A DNA stretch of 63,633 nucleotides, the filler included, from Syncephalis fuscata S228 (taxonomy: Eukaryota; Fungi; Zoopagomycota), in assembly GCA_025786725.1 (NCBI GenBank). It is 4 parts of 4 records of this genome, joined end to end, with 100 filler letters (N's around TTAATTAATTAA, not from the genome) between each part and the next. Parts side by side here need not be neighbours in the genome. Positions count along the whole stretch, not along the records: positions 33,012 to 53,692 come from JAHLTZ010000162.1; 3 more parts are not named here. One strand, 5' to 3'. The notes below the pieces were generated by a model. The model was not told the origin of the DNA, ran no database searches, and saw only the letters and a program-made list of their open reading frames with translations. Every line of letters starts with the position of its first letter. Within the stretch, counting starts at the first letter, position 1. This document shows positions 36,320-50,021 of this stretch, piece after piece. Both the position numbers and the translations under genes were made by a program.

Positions 36320-37020
36320 TAAAGCATTGCCAACATTATGTATAACTTTGCTTAGAATAAACCAAATTGTTTAATATTTTGCACAAATGTGTGGATAACA
36401 TATATGTAGCTATTAACAAGTTATATCGTAATTATGTGAAGGAATAATATAATGGTTGTATTAACATGCTAATAAATGCGCAAAAAATAGCCGTTTTATG
36501 CTGTTTATAACTTATATAATTAAAATACAGCAAAATAATTGGTGGATTTGAGTTCTCCATGCTTAGTTAAGCAGATTGGTGTGATTTATAGAACAATGAT
36601 TTTTGCACAAAATGTTAGTCAAAAATGCGATTTACGTATTTTTAATTCACTTAGAAAACATTGACAAAATTACGTATAACTTTACATATAATAAAGCAAA
36701 TTGTCTGATATTTTGCACAAGCATGCATATGACATATAGATGGTTACTGACAAAGTATACCGTAGTTGCATTGTGTTATGATGTAATAATTGTACGAATA
36801 TGTTAATAAATGTGTAAAAATAACAGTTTTATGCTGTTTATGACCTATATAATTAAAATACAGCAAAATGATTGCCGGATTTGAGTTCTCCATGCTTAGT
36901 TATACAGATTGGTGTGATTTATAGAACAATGATTTTTGCAAAAAATGTTAGTCAAAAATGCGATTTACGTATTTTTAATTCACTTAGTAAAGCATCAATA
37001 ATACGTATGACTTTACGTAA
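36320..37020. repeat. Degenerate tandem duplication, ~333-bp unit, a little over 2 copies
   Basis: ggatttgagttctccatgcttagtta..cagattggtgtgatttatagaacaatgatttttgca.aaaatgttagtcaaaaatgcgatttacgtatttttaattcacttag occurs at ~36544 and ~36877. The flanks are more diverged. Confidence 0.85.
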
Positions 37021-37835
37021 AGTTATTTATACTATTATCAACGTTTCGTTAACCAAATCATTTCCATTGTTTTAATTCATATTTTACTGCTTTTCATTAC
37101 ACGATTACATTTAAATTACTTTTTATTACTGTTGCGCTTTCATAATATTAGCACAATAATTTCACGTTCAATCTTTTTAAATTAGCGTTTTATTGGTATT
37201 TCAAAGTATTATAATTATAAATAAAGTATTTTATTGCCATGATAACTATTAAAAGTAAAAATATTACAGTTTATGATGCTCGTATCGTTACAATTCTGGT
37301 GATATAATTATATTGGCATAATTATGTGGCTAAAAAATACTTCATGCGATTAGATAAATTTATTGAATAGCCAAATCTACATATCGATATTGTTAACTGT
37401 TTGCAATGCTTATTTATAACTATAGTCCGTTGCTATTTTACATCTATTCTGTTTACTAAAAGCAATAGATTAATGCAGCGTTGTTGAATATATCACATTT
37501 TAAACTTTTGTCTAAATAGTTGTCTATAACATGCTAGAATTATTAGACAAAAAAATAATCAATTTTACGCTAATATTGCTAAAATCAATAGTAATTTTTT
37601 TAAAACATTAAACTATTTAGTTGTATCGCCACTAGCAATGGCAGTCTTTTACATATGATCTGCCTAATCTGACCCAACACTCACAAGTAAATCAGTAAAC
37701 TAAAGACAATGAATAGCAATAAAATAACTTTTATTATTTAGCACTTTAATGCTGATCTAGTTATAGTACTATTCATTATTCTATTTCAGTTGTAAGTCGT
37801 TGCTTGCTTAGCATATTAAGAACTTCTTTGGCAAA

Positions 37836-38294
37836 TTATAATTTAAGGCCAATGTTTTGAGTCCAGTAAGGTACGCCATTGCTGCCTATAGCCAGGCCAC
37901 TACCGAAATGAGTAGACTTGGCTACTAGGTTTTCATAATGAACAGGTGAATTAGTCCAGAAGTCCATGGCTTGCTTCATAGTTTGCTGTCCGTATGCGAT
38001 GTTTTCTCTTATGTAGTTCCACGAGGCGCCGTCGATGGAGCAGCGCTGCATTAACTCAGGCTCACCAGGGAATGAATGCTCGTTTCTTTGATTATTAGCT
38101 TGAACTTGGCTATGGCCCTGTGCAGCTTTGTTTAAGACAGGATGCATTGCAAATGGTGGAAGTCTTTTTCCAGCGCGGAATTTGTTAACCAGGGAAAGCA
38201 TCCCTTGTGGTGTAAAGTCAAGTGGACCGGCGCTTACTTCAACGACGCTGGCGGCGAATGCGGTAAGCATGACAAGAGTAGTGAGGAATTGCAT
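37836..38294 (-). CDS. Secreted CAP/SCP-domain protein (YkwD-like type)
   Basis: Signal peptide, LVNKFRA, LNKAAQGHS, ENIAYGQ, WTNSPVHYENL, YWTQ. Confidence 0.9.
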   Translation of the reverse strand: MQFLTTLVMLTAFAASVVEVSAGPLDFTPQGMLSLVNKFRAGKRLPPFAMHPVLNKAAQGHSQVQANNQRNEHSFPGEPELMQRCSIDGASWNYIRENIAYGQQTMKQAMDFWTNSPVHYENLVAKSTHFGSGLAIGSNGVPYWTQNIGLKL

Positions 38295-40218
38295 TATGAT
38301 AATAATTGCAAGCTTAAAAGTTGTGCGTAGTTATTGGTGCGTTTAGTCGATTTATCAGACTAGCTGTAATCAATGAAATGAAAATAGTGGTGTGGATTGC
38401 TGGAGAAGCTGTAGCTTTGTTGGGATGCTGAATCAACTATTGACCAGATAAATTGCTGTGTATTTATACCCAATCTCGTAGTAACAGCTGCTAAGGTGTG
38501 TTTCATGGTTATAATTATGGCCAAGCGTGTCCTTATCTTCTAAGTCCTGAGTAGTGTAATAAACAACGTCTCTGACCACGCCATGCTAAAACATAACAGT
38601 CCTTAATAGCATAATATTTGTTCCAGGTAATCAACCAGTTACCACATTTTTATCAAAGCCACACTTTTGCATATTATATTGCCACAACTTGCTAATAGTA
38701 TTTATGTGTTATAGTTATATCGTTTATTCTTGGTATTAATGATCTTTTGCCAACAAATATATCAACACACCGATTAATGTGCTATATTGTAAAATTGGTT
38801 TTATTAATTATTGCATATTGCACGTTTCATATTCTTGCGGGATACAAGTTTGCACTCGTTTTATTGCAGCAAAGTTTTGACCCAACCTTCACGGTACTAA
38901 TTTGAAGTTTCATGTCTTGCTATTTACCAATTATAATCCATTGGCTTCAGTAAACCAGTACCAGGGCCAACTCCCATGAAATCATCTCGGTTATGTTTAG
39001 CACAATACTGCCATAGTTAGATGCTATTGATTTAAAGGTAGCTATCCTTACTATGTATGTATTGGCTCAAGGCATTGTAGTAGACCAATAAACTGGTATT
39101 TTATAACTATGAAGGTTCCACGCGCAATGCAAACACAATACAACTATTGATTGCAATAGATCCAATGGCTACAATGTGATGCTTTACATATTGCATTAAC
39201 ACACTTTGTTAGTGTTTTAATATTTGTTTACGATTCGCTTGTTGATAAAAGCATATTGTATAATTTATTGTATTGTAGACATAAACAACTTTTAGATACA
39301 AGTAGTAGAAATAAATGGTGTTTATTGATATTTGCGCCGGATAAGTAACAAAAAAATGCCTTACTTGCTGTTACCGACAGTAATACGGAAAAGGTAGCCT
39401 TGAGTCTATCATTGATAGTGTCGCCAAGAATTTCAATCAATACGCACTTGTCATAAAAGTATCTATATTTAATAGATGCATTGCCAATATTCTTCCTATA
39501 CCATGTACTCATTATTGCTATTAAACAGCTTTTGGCGATTGATAGCCAGATTAGCAATATTTAATTATAAATAAAAATGCCAGCACCATAGTCAATTGTC
39601 GATTCTAAATTATAAATAATGGCTATGATATGAATGTTAATAGCCTAATATTATAGCTATGCTACTATGGTAAAATGATTAAAAAATACATTATATAATT
39701 GGACAATATGTCATATGCAAATAATTGTAAGAATAGTATACTGAACATTAATACTAACACTAACAACAGTCGATTATTAGAAGATATAAGCGATAGATAC
39801 TTTTTATTTGCGGACATATGATTAATCACATAAATTGATAATATTGTTTTAATAATGAAACAATATGAAACGCTCAAGTTCTATTATTAGTTACATTTGC
39901 TATATAATGATAACTTTACTCACTATTAATAAAATACATTGTTTATAGTTTTATTTTATTGCTATCTAATGCTATGTGGGCTATTCGGTTTATTACCATT
40001 GAAATGGGATAATTAGTAAACAATGATGAATAATTTATTATTATAGCAATATTAGCTAATACTTTGTATTTCGAGCGTTAAACAAATGCTAACATTAGAA
40101 TATAAATAAAAATATGATACTACATGATTATTTATGATACAAACTATAAACAAGAGTTGTAACAACATCACATAAATTAGAAAACACAAACGCTGACATT
40201 AAAACAAAACGTATTTTA

Positions 40219-41970
40219 CTACTTTCTTAATACTGTACGCCATTCCATAAAACTATAATGATCCTCAGAACGCAAAAAAAATTCTCTCTTGCCACTAACA
40301 TATACCCTCAGTGTATTTGCTGATTGGCCTGTGACTTCGGATGATGCTAGAATTGCACTACTACTTAGAAATATTGTATCTCGATGAGCAAACGACCCAT
40401 CCTTCTGACCCTTTAATGGCTCGACCAGTATTAGTCGATCGGATAAAAGCCAGGCATGAACACGCTTTTCAGCGTCTTGATTAGGCGTAGTCATCCAGAA
40501 TTCACCACGATGAACTAACGTTTGGCCCAGAGACAGAAACGGATCAAATTGCCCTGCCAAACTACTTTGCAATCCAGCTATTTCTTCCGTATGATTAGCT
40601 CGTTCGACCCTAATTAATCAGCATTAATTACATGCTATTTATACATTCTACTCCAATTACTTACCACGGACTAATACGTGCAACAAGCGCTTCCATTGTT
40701 TCAATACATCGATTTACTTCGATTGTATCACGCTCTGATATTACACCATTCGAATCGCTGTAGCAATGGCGCATGTTTTGCACTTCTGTGCATTGTGTCA
40801 GTACTGTTTCAAAGAAACTAATATATTGGCTGACACGATCTATAGGCCGACGTAACAATGTGCGAATATCAATCCCGCCAGCTTGTAATGTACATTCCTA
40901 AAACACACTTGTATTAGATTTGTATAAAAACAATAATATATTATTGTTATTATTAATAATAATAATAACACACTTACCTCAACGGCACGTCGGAAAGAGT
41001 CATCGACAAAACAAAGATTTTCAAATCCGACCAAAGCCATAGAGTAATTGGCAGCTTGTGAAATATACACTTCAAATTCCTCCAATACCTAATAAAGATT
41101 TAATACAAATCATCAAATAGTATGGTCACTTACTCGTACACGTATCAGTGCCGCCACCTCTGCAATACTTGCATTAAGCATGTGTCTATTAATAGACATT
41201 GACTAATTAGTATTCATCACACTAAAATAGATATTACTTACAGTACTCTCAACTCTTCCAGTAGACAATGATGAATTGTCTTAATAGCCGGTAAATAACC
41301 GAATAAGCTACTAAGTGTGCGCATAACACCTCCAGTCGAATTCTGTGTCAAATGCATAAAGCCTACCAGGCTAAATCGTCGTCGGTGATTTACAGGGCCA
41401 GTTTGTCGTCCATTAGAAGATAGGTACCGGCGAGTCAGCGGCATCCAGAAAGCATCGCGCAGCAAATCCAACGCGCTAATATACGACGACTCGCGATCAA
41501 TTAAACTTTGCAGCTGTACGGAAAACACGTTGGGTGCAGAACCAGTTGGCATATATCCTAAGATAGTCATGAGGACGACGGTTAAAGACATGCTGTGCAA
41601 CCATTGCTCCATGAGGAAGCCCATTTTCGCCTTAACATTGCCCTTTTGCACAGTGTTCAAAATAGCCGATCCCCTCCCAATAGTGCTTGCCGTGCATTTG
41701 TACCAAGCCTCACTTACCTCCAGCATAACCGGTTCGTGTGTCTGACGAGCAACGTCGACGGGACAATGGGACTACCGCTGCCGTTCCTGATGCTGATGCT
41801 GTGGATTTGACCTGCTTCTGAATGGCCTGTGCCACAAGCATTGCACTTGGAACCAGCATCGCTTCGTTCATCGAAGCACGTCGGCGCGGTGTTTTGCAGC
41901 CGCTGACGGTAGACTCAACAACATGAATGGCCCGAGACGGCATGGAGTTGGTTAATTCTTCTCGCTGCAT
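40219..41970 (-). CDS. RhoGEF (DH-PH) protein, multi-exon
   Basis: DH: LIDRESSYISALDLLRDAFWMPL, LFGYLPAIKTIHHCLLEEL, FEVYISQAANY, LLRRPIDRVSQY. PH: LVHRGEF...RVHAWLLSDRLIL...EWRTVL. The start position is uncertain. Confidence 0.75.
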
Positions 41971-43541
41971 GTGCAAGAAGATAGCAATTACAACTTGCAG
42001 ATGTGCAAGTCACAAAATACGCACAACACACACACACGAACACGCAGACACACAGCGTGTAATAGTAATAAGCAACAAATAGAAACAAGGAGAGGAGCCG
42101 ATAGTAGTATGCGTACAAGCTACTACCGGGAGTAAATCCAGCACAGCACGCTAATAAACGATTAGGTTTGCAAATAGTGGATACGACCTGCGTGCGTGTT
42201 GGAAAGGGGTGCCAGATAACGCGGCAAAGGTGCGGGCCGTGCGTAACGGAAGATGGCAGCTAAAGCGTAAGGAGCCGTCTATATATTGGTTTAAAAGAAG
42301 AAGAGAAAAAACGAAGAGGAAATGAAAAAGGAAAGGGAAGAAAAACGTAGTGTTTATAAGTAGAACAAGTTGTGTCTTGACTTGCTTCGCCACTCAAGTG
42401 ACAATTAAGTCAGCGAGTCCTATTGATGTGCAGAGGCTGCTTGGCACACTCGATAGTGTGCGATGCAGAATAGCGGCAGAGGCGTGTACGTTACCGATAC
42501 TCAGTGCCTGAAACGATAACAGCGTGCGTACCACGACAGGTGTGTATATACACGCACTTTTCTATGTCGTGGGTAATAATCAAGACGTACAGCACAGGAA
42601 AAGGGAAAGGAAAAGAAGACAAGACAATGGCCGTATAAAGAAATCAGTGGTATAGCAAACAAGCTCTAGTGCTGCAGACAAGTAGTAATGTATAAAAGAA
42701 TGCTTAATAGTGGCAAGGAAAATAGGAAAAGGAAAAGGAAAACCGCGAAGCTTTGACTTGGTTGAGCAAGTGTCGGAGTAATAGCAAGCTACTAGGGAAA
42801 CGTGGTGACCACACTACTATATGTTTATGTGTGTGTTTACGTGGGCGCTTTTAACGCAAATAGATAAAATATAACGAGAAAGGTAGTGAAAAATTCGAGC
42901 ATCTATGGAGACGATGAGCCGTTTAATCCATCAATCCATTTATTTGCGTCGGTCGGTCTGTTGTGTGTCCGGTCGGAATTGCTGCCAATAGCAATGGATC
43001 TTTTACAATGATGCCAACTAAGCAGTGCCCAAACAGGCCATCTTGTCCTCGCTATCCAATAAAGAAGGCTCATGACATGCGGAGGCCTCAATCACCCTCA
43101 TTATTGGACGTGGTATGGCAATTATTTCAACCTCCGCTTGTGTAAGAAAAACAAATTGGCGAAGCACGCTGAGCACTAAAAGCACACTGCATCCATCCAA
43201 ATAGTCTTTGACATAATAGTCGACATATTCCATACTATAATTGCTACTATTATTACACACTATGAATAGAATATACATATTCACACGCCATACACACACA
43301 CGCGCACACACAATTATACACACAGTTATTTATGATCAAAAGCGTCAAACGATTGTCTACTGAAACATTTCCTTTTTTCTATTCATTAACTTTGTAGGAC
43401 TGCTTTCGGTGTCAAAAACACATTCTATCAATAGAAAAATCTCCGAAATAAAAACCGAATATCAATTGATTTAGATCTGAATAGAGTCAAGTCATTTTAC
43501 GTATTTGTTTTTTACTTTTTGTTTAGTCATTGTAAACGACG

Positions 43542-45390
43542 ATGGAAGAAAGTAGCAATCAGCGTTGTGATAGTCATAACTCGACTATAGTATCTAAGCC
43601 AATACAGTATGTCGAGTTAACAAAACATAATTTGACACAGTATAGCGTCGGTATTATGGCGCTGATTCGTAATGCTTCGTTTATTGCTATGGATTGTGAA
43701 TTTACAGGACTTGGTAAATCACAGCCTGGAACAAGAGCAACGTAAGTAAAAGGGCGTGTTAATAACTAAGCTCTATCTGTTATAGACTAACAATAGAGTA
43801 GCAATATTGAGGATAGATATGTAGCACTACGCAAATTGGTAGATACTCATGCACTGGTAGCAGTGGGATTAAGCATCTTTATACAACGACCATTAAATGG
43901 TGAAGATGACGAGAAGATAAAGGAAATAATGTATGATGTACACGTATTTCAATTACTTTTATGCTGTACAGTAAGTAATTTATGATATAATTGCATCATT
44001 TAATAATAGAATGATAATAGCAAGATTATATGGTTAGTCCCGAAAGTCTACGGTTTCTAGTCGACAATGGCTATGATCTTAATCGATTGGTACATGATGG
44101 TGTTCCTTATCAACCTATGACTGTAACAGAGGTAGGAAACTATATTTGGTTAAATTTATATTTATAAATAATTACTAGTCAGCCAATAGTGCTATGTCAC
44201 CTGCATCAAGACAATTAAAGAATATATTTGATACATTAGTTGTGGCAGGTAGACCACTTGTACTGCATAATGGATTATTAGATCTATTATTTTTGTATCA
44301 TGGATTCTATGCACCATTACCGAATAAATTGAATACATTTGTGGCTGATGTAGTAGAAATGTTCCCAGGTGGCATTTGGGATACAAAATATACAGCTGAT
44401 TATATTGATCGAGAACCGGCATCATTTCTAGCTTTGCTTTACCGCAAATGGTTAGTATAGTATACACATAGATATATGTATATTGATATATATCGATGTA
44501 ATTAATATTTATGAATTGCTATAGTGAACGGTTAAATGAACGACGACGACAACAACAAGCGATAGAATTAAAGACCACAGCTGAAAATACGAACACTGTA
44601 GATATATCTTATATCTCCTGTATTATTCATCAAATGGTTGTGCCTACTTGTACCATTTCAAAATCAATTACAAAGACTACAAATCTACCACAGACTAGTG
44701 TAGAATATTGTGAACAATACGCAGTAAGTAGCACTCATTATTAATAAAACACCATTTATTAATAACAATGTATAGAATCATGGCTATTGTCCATTGGGTC
44801 GTCAATGTCCCAACTCACATTCGCTTGATACCATTCTGGATGCTCAAGAACGAAAAACAAAACAGAAACGACCAGCCATTGTAAAAATGAAACATCAACC
44901 TGAACAAAATGGTAACAATGATATTGATAATGATACTCAATCTCACCATGAATCAGTAAAAAGACGTCGACGAGGCGGTAAACACCATAATAAACAACAG
45001 CAATCACCATCAACATTATCTATTAATACTATAGATAATACAGTCACGGACATAACCATAAACAAAGCTGTCAATCTAGATAAAGAATTTATAACACTTA
45101 TAGACAGCAACAACAACAACAATCAATGTACATGTTATCAACCAACTATTGACACGGCCACTAATTATCATGCTGCCTATTTTGATGCTTATATGACTGG
45201 TTATTTACATGCTACGCAAAGACAAGCCCAACTAGAACAACAACCTAATCTAACCGAGTCTCAACTACGTCAACTTATGGGCAATCGACTTTATTTGATT
45301 GGTAAAAGTATGCCTCTCCTAGTAGTGCGTAGTGCTTTTGCCTCAACATCATCTGGTCATCGCTCTAGAATGGCCACTTTAAAACCGTAA
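43542..45390 (+). CDS. TOE1: CAF1/PARN-family deadenylase with CCCH zinc finger, TOE1-like, multi-exon
   Basis: FIAMDCEFTGLG, HNGLLDLLFLYHGFYAPLP, DTKY, CCCH finger CEQYANHGYCPLGRQCPNSH, basic KRRRRGGK, HAAYFDAYMTGY, NRLYLIGKSMPL. Confidence 0.85.
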
Positions 45391-45623
45391 CTATCAATAT
45401 AAATATTCATAACATAACGTAAATTGTAAACCATGACACTATTTCTATTCATATTAAATTTAAACATTTATAATAATGCTTATTTGAATCTCAAATAATG
45501 GTTTTATGTATTATCGCGCGCGTGTTAGAACGAGCGTTTGCGCGAAAAAAGACAAATACCACGCAAATCAAGGTGCAAACGCTCTGTTTATAATGAAAAC
45601 TAGATAATAAAACGATTCTACAT

Positions 45624-47432
45624 CTACTCTTCCTTTGACTTCTTCTTCTTCTTCTTCTTTTCTTTTGTTTCTGCTTCGTCAGATTCATCAGCTTCATCGT
45701 GTGGCCGTTTCTTATCCTTCTTCTCTTTCTTTTCCTTCTTTTCCTTCTTTTCCTTCTTCTCCTTCTTTTCCTTCTTTTCTTCCTCTGGCTTGTCAACTTC
45801 CATGGCTGGTTCTTCCGTGCTCATGATAAAGTCTGTAGTAGCATTGTAGCCACCTGCTGCCTTTGGCTCAAATTTCTTCTGTGTACGCATGTTCTTGGCA
45901 CCCTTGGCAGTAAGTTGAACACCTTCTAATTGACGTAGACGAGCATCAATCTTGGCACGAGCATCAATACCAACAGTTGGGTTCTCTTCCTCACCTAGAG
46001 CATCTACACGTGCAGCAATAGAGCTCTTGGTAGCAACCATACGAGCAATCTAGATAATTGGTTATATATATTAGTATATATTATAGTATATTATACATTA
46101 ATATTAATACTAACCTTGCCCTTGGATTTTGGAGCTGCTTGACCAACTAAGCTGGCATGGAAAATAAGACCATACTTTGGCGTGTCATGCTTTGTCTTCA
46201 ATGCACGAAACAATGCCTTTTCAGCACCAAGGATTTGCACAGTTGAGGCTGGATACTTGGCCAAATTGACTAGAGAACCGGCATGTGAAATAAGACGGGC
46301 ACCCACCAATTCACCAACAATCGTGGTCAAATTAGGGGCAATAGCGTTCATACGATTCTTCAAGTATTCATACAACTGTGAACGGTAATCGGTGATGGAA
46401 ATGACTTGATCACACAGATGTGTAATGTTTTCAATGTCTTCTTCACTAATCTATTATAATAGATGTATTAGTATTACACTTTACACACAATAAATAAACA
46501 AAATACTGCATTACTTACCTCGGTACCCATAGAAATTTCAGCAGCCTCTTTAACTTCCTTTTCTAATTCTTCTGGTAGAACATCTGACAAATCGGTGTCT
46601 TGGGCATTGGTACGTACACCTAGTGGACAGTGGTATAGTAAGCAACTATAGCCGTGATACCATTGATTATAGACTTACCCATGATCTTAACGACCTTGGC
46701 ATAGGCCAGGTTATCTACGACAATTCTGGTCATCTCAGGGAAGTGCCAGCCATACCATTCCTTTACACGCATTGCGTAGGTGTTTAATTCTTTGTCAAGA
46801 TCATCGAGCAAGGCAATAGCTTGTACAATCATGGTATCGACCTTATCAGGTGAGAACTTGAGCTTATAACGCGACAATGAATGGGATAGACCCAATACCA
46901 TGGCGTTCATGTCTGCCGATGGAACACCAGAGAGTAGCGACTCAAATTGAGAACGGATACCACGGTATAGTTCTAACACTGCACTATCAGTGGCTACTTT
47001 AATGCCAAACTTTTTGGCAATAGAACCACCTACGAATAACAATTAATTAGCTGCCATTATAATAGACAAATCGCAATACATACCAAGCTTAGAGTCGGCA
47101 ACGGCCAAGCTCTCCTTCTTTAGCTCCTTCTCGGAGATCTCTTGGCTAAGGAACTCCTTAAGACCCTTGGAGAGCTTGCCTTCTACGACGGCAGTAATGT
47201 CCGACAAAGCCTCAACGGTATTTTCAAATTTCTGGAATGCCTTAAGCTTAATCCTAAAAACCCAGTCACTAAGTTTTAATATCGCCGCAAGTAGAGTAAA
47301 TTATACATACGTCTCATTAGCAATCTCAGGGGTGGCAAAGGATTGGTATAAATCCTCTGGCTTCTTTAGCTTGCCATCATCGAGAAGCTTGAATAGCGCA
47401 TAGCCCGCAGGCGTTTCGTAAAGTACGAGCAT
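45624..47432 (-). CDS. NOP58: Box C/D snoRNP core protein Nop58, multi-exon
   Basis: [75 protein letters not shown]-repeat tail. Confidence 0.97.
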
Positions 47433-47805
47433 GATTTAGGTATGCAGACGACGTGTACGTAAAAAGAGGACTGATACGTGAATCCAAATGTCCAAGAAAC
47501 GATGCACGACAGCTCAAAGAAAAAGAAAAGACGCCGAATCGTAAATTGGACCGGTGGCGGGCAAAATACACAGCAGAAAAAAGAAAAAAAGCTGTACTTG
47601 GTCAGAATCACTTAGCTGACTTGACTCCGCCAGTGTAAAATAGTTTTGATTTACCAGTTTTAATAACTATACACAGCAATAGTATTGCTGTCACACGAAT
47701 ACAATATCAATGCTTTTAGCAATAATTAATCATTGATAATGATGTGGTCACATCAAATACACGCAGACTACGTAATTCTATCGGCTACTTTCTAATATTA
47801 TCAGT

Positions 47806-48573
47806 ATGTCTTCGGCGGTAGTAAAAACATCTGGTGGTAAATCGGCTATTAGCAGATATGCCCAGCAATTGCTTGTTCGCTATCTTGTTGCACTAAATGA
47901 AAACCCATTGCGTACCAAGGCTATTACAGCTGGTATGCTTAATGGCATTCAGGAATTAGTAGCACAACTAGCAACACGGAAGTTCGCGCCCGCTGCTAGG
48001 TCAACAGCTACAGAAGCAAATGAAGCCCGTCGGCCAGCATCTTCACTTCCGGTCGATGCACGTGTCATTAAAATGGCACTTTATGGTAAATAGAGATATA
48101 TGGTTAGAAGAAAAGATAGCTTGCTAACTAATAGCTATGACTACCAATTAGGATTTCTTGTTAGCGGCCCATTAAACCATTATCTTTATGATATTTTGAC
48201 TCGATTGGTTGCCGGTCGTAAAGGAGTACGCTACGTCATTGCTCAGCTTCTTGCAGCCAATTTGGTTATTGGACCTATACTTAATACAGGTAAATTATAA
48301 CGATAAACATTCTTGATTATACTGATTATGGCATTTTTATTAGCCTATTTATCGGCTATGCAGATTATTGCTGGACGTACACGCCCCGATCAGATTCGCA
48401 CTGCTGTTCGACAGGGCCTGCCACCAATGATGCGTATTAGTTGGCTACTTTTCCCGCTCGTACAGCTCAGTGCTCAACGCTATCTTCCACCACCACTCTG
48501 GGTTCCATACTTTAATCTTGTTGGATTTGTATTTGGTGTCTACACAAATATCATAGCCAAGTTAAGAAAGTAA
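47806..48573 (+). CDS. Mpv17/PMP22-family peroxisomal membrane protein (3 exons)
   Basis: YLVALNENPLRTKAIT, YGFLVSGPLNHYLY, ISWLLFPLVQ..AQRYLPPPLWVPYFNLVGF. Confidence 0.88.
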
Positions 48574-48697
48574 ATGTTACCAATGTTTGTGCTTGATTAA
48601 TAAAGACACGTATTTACTATTACTATTATTGTTATTACTGTTATTGCTATTATTATAAAGCAATGGCCTATTAATTTAAACAAATAAACATTTATTA

Positions 48698-50021
48698 TTA
48701 TTCTTTTTCTTCTTCGGACGATGTATCATTATTCTTTGCTTCGCGTATAGCCGAACTAATATTACGTACAAACATCAAATATGCATAATTGGACCCATAT
48801 TCCATGTCATACCACCAATTAACGGCAACTGTCCGTCCTTGTTGCCTTACATGATGATACCACATCGATGGCAGAAATAGAACATCGCCTGGATGGACGG
48901 TCACGCTTAATGACTGTGCTTGTTTGTAGCGTGGATAGTGCTCGTTAATAAGCTGATCCGATACTTGTATTGGATCAATAGGAATCCATGGAATTTGTTC
49001 GTAAGGTTCTATGGGCAATAGTTCAAGTGTATTGGCATCATATTGTGCACGATCGTATAATCCTTCGTATAAACAAGGCTGGGATGTAGGTGGAAATAAT
49101 GTAAATTGTTTAGCACCTGAAATAACTGCATACAAATTTTCATATGGATCTTTGTGCAGTGACGTTACCGATCGACCAGTGCCCATCCAGAAATTGACGG
49201 CATCAGGCTGTTTACCTATTGTGTAATTGTAAGCTACAATTGGTATTATTAGCGGCGAGTTTACCTAAAGCAGTAGTAGCAAAATCGATATCAATAGGAA
49301 TATCATTGGCCAATGGTGCAAATTCACCACTTAAATTGCCATTTTGCGATTGTATATAGTGTACGCCAGGAAATGTTTGACGTGTTGCATTCCATGCTGC
49401 ATCATTATCACCACCTAATTGATCTTTTTGTAAATCTACATCGTCTAATAAACCTTGATCAGCCAATTCGGCACGTAATATTTGTATAAATTGACCAAAT
49501 GACATTTGACGCTCGGCTGGTTCGGCAAACCAGCGATTGTCCACAACAGCATCGGCATATCCATTGGGAGTGGCAGCCACTGTTATCTGCGTGCTCTTGC
49601 CAAGAATAGAGGCTAAGTAGCTATCCTTTTGCCAGCTATGCATAGCAGGCCAATTGTGCGTAACATCTAATAGCAATAAAGCCTATATTCAACAACTATT
49701 TACACGATACTGCCCCTTCAGCTTACTCTTAATAAGCACTGGACGATTAGCGGCGACAAATCGGTAAAACTCCAAAGGAGTTGGAGGATGATCAAGCACT
49801 TGAATGGTATCGGTACCGGCTAGTTCTATATTACAGAATGATATTCATTAAAAAGTATACAGGCTAGCATCATTGTTACCTTGTCCTGTAACAACTAATT
49901 CATCAAGGCTTGCTTCCAAATCATTGATAAGTTGTTGCTGCTGTTGTTGTCTCTTTTCCTTTCTTCTTCCATTGAAACAACCATCCATTAAAGCGTGTGT
50001 GTGTTCTAGTATGTCGCTCAT
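48698..50021 (-). CDS. JmjC/cupin-like 8 hydroxylase, JMJD7-like, multi-exon
   Basis: PTPLEFYRFVAANRP, VAATPNGYADAV, YIQSQNGNL, NFWMG...TSLHKDPYENLY, LFLPSMWYHHV, AVNWWYDM. Confidence 0.88.

Noticed and set aside
42903-43323. Minus-strand ORF fragments (MEYVDYYVKDYLDG...)
   Set aside because: Could be a small frameshifted gene, but there is no recognisable domain or consistent exon model.
45491-45929. Lys/Arg-rich and Leu/Phe-rich alternative ORFs
   Set aside because: Alternative frames and antisense of the NOP58 KKE tail.
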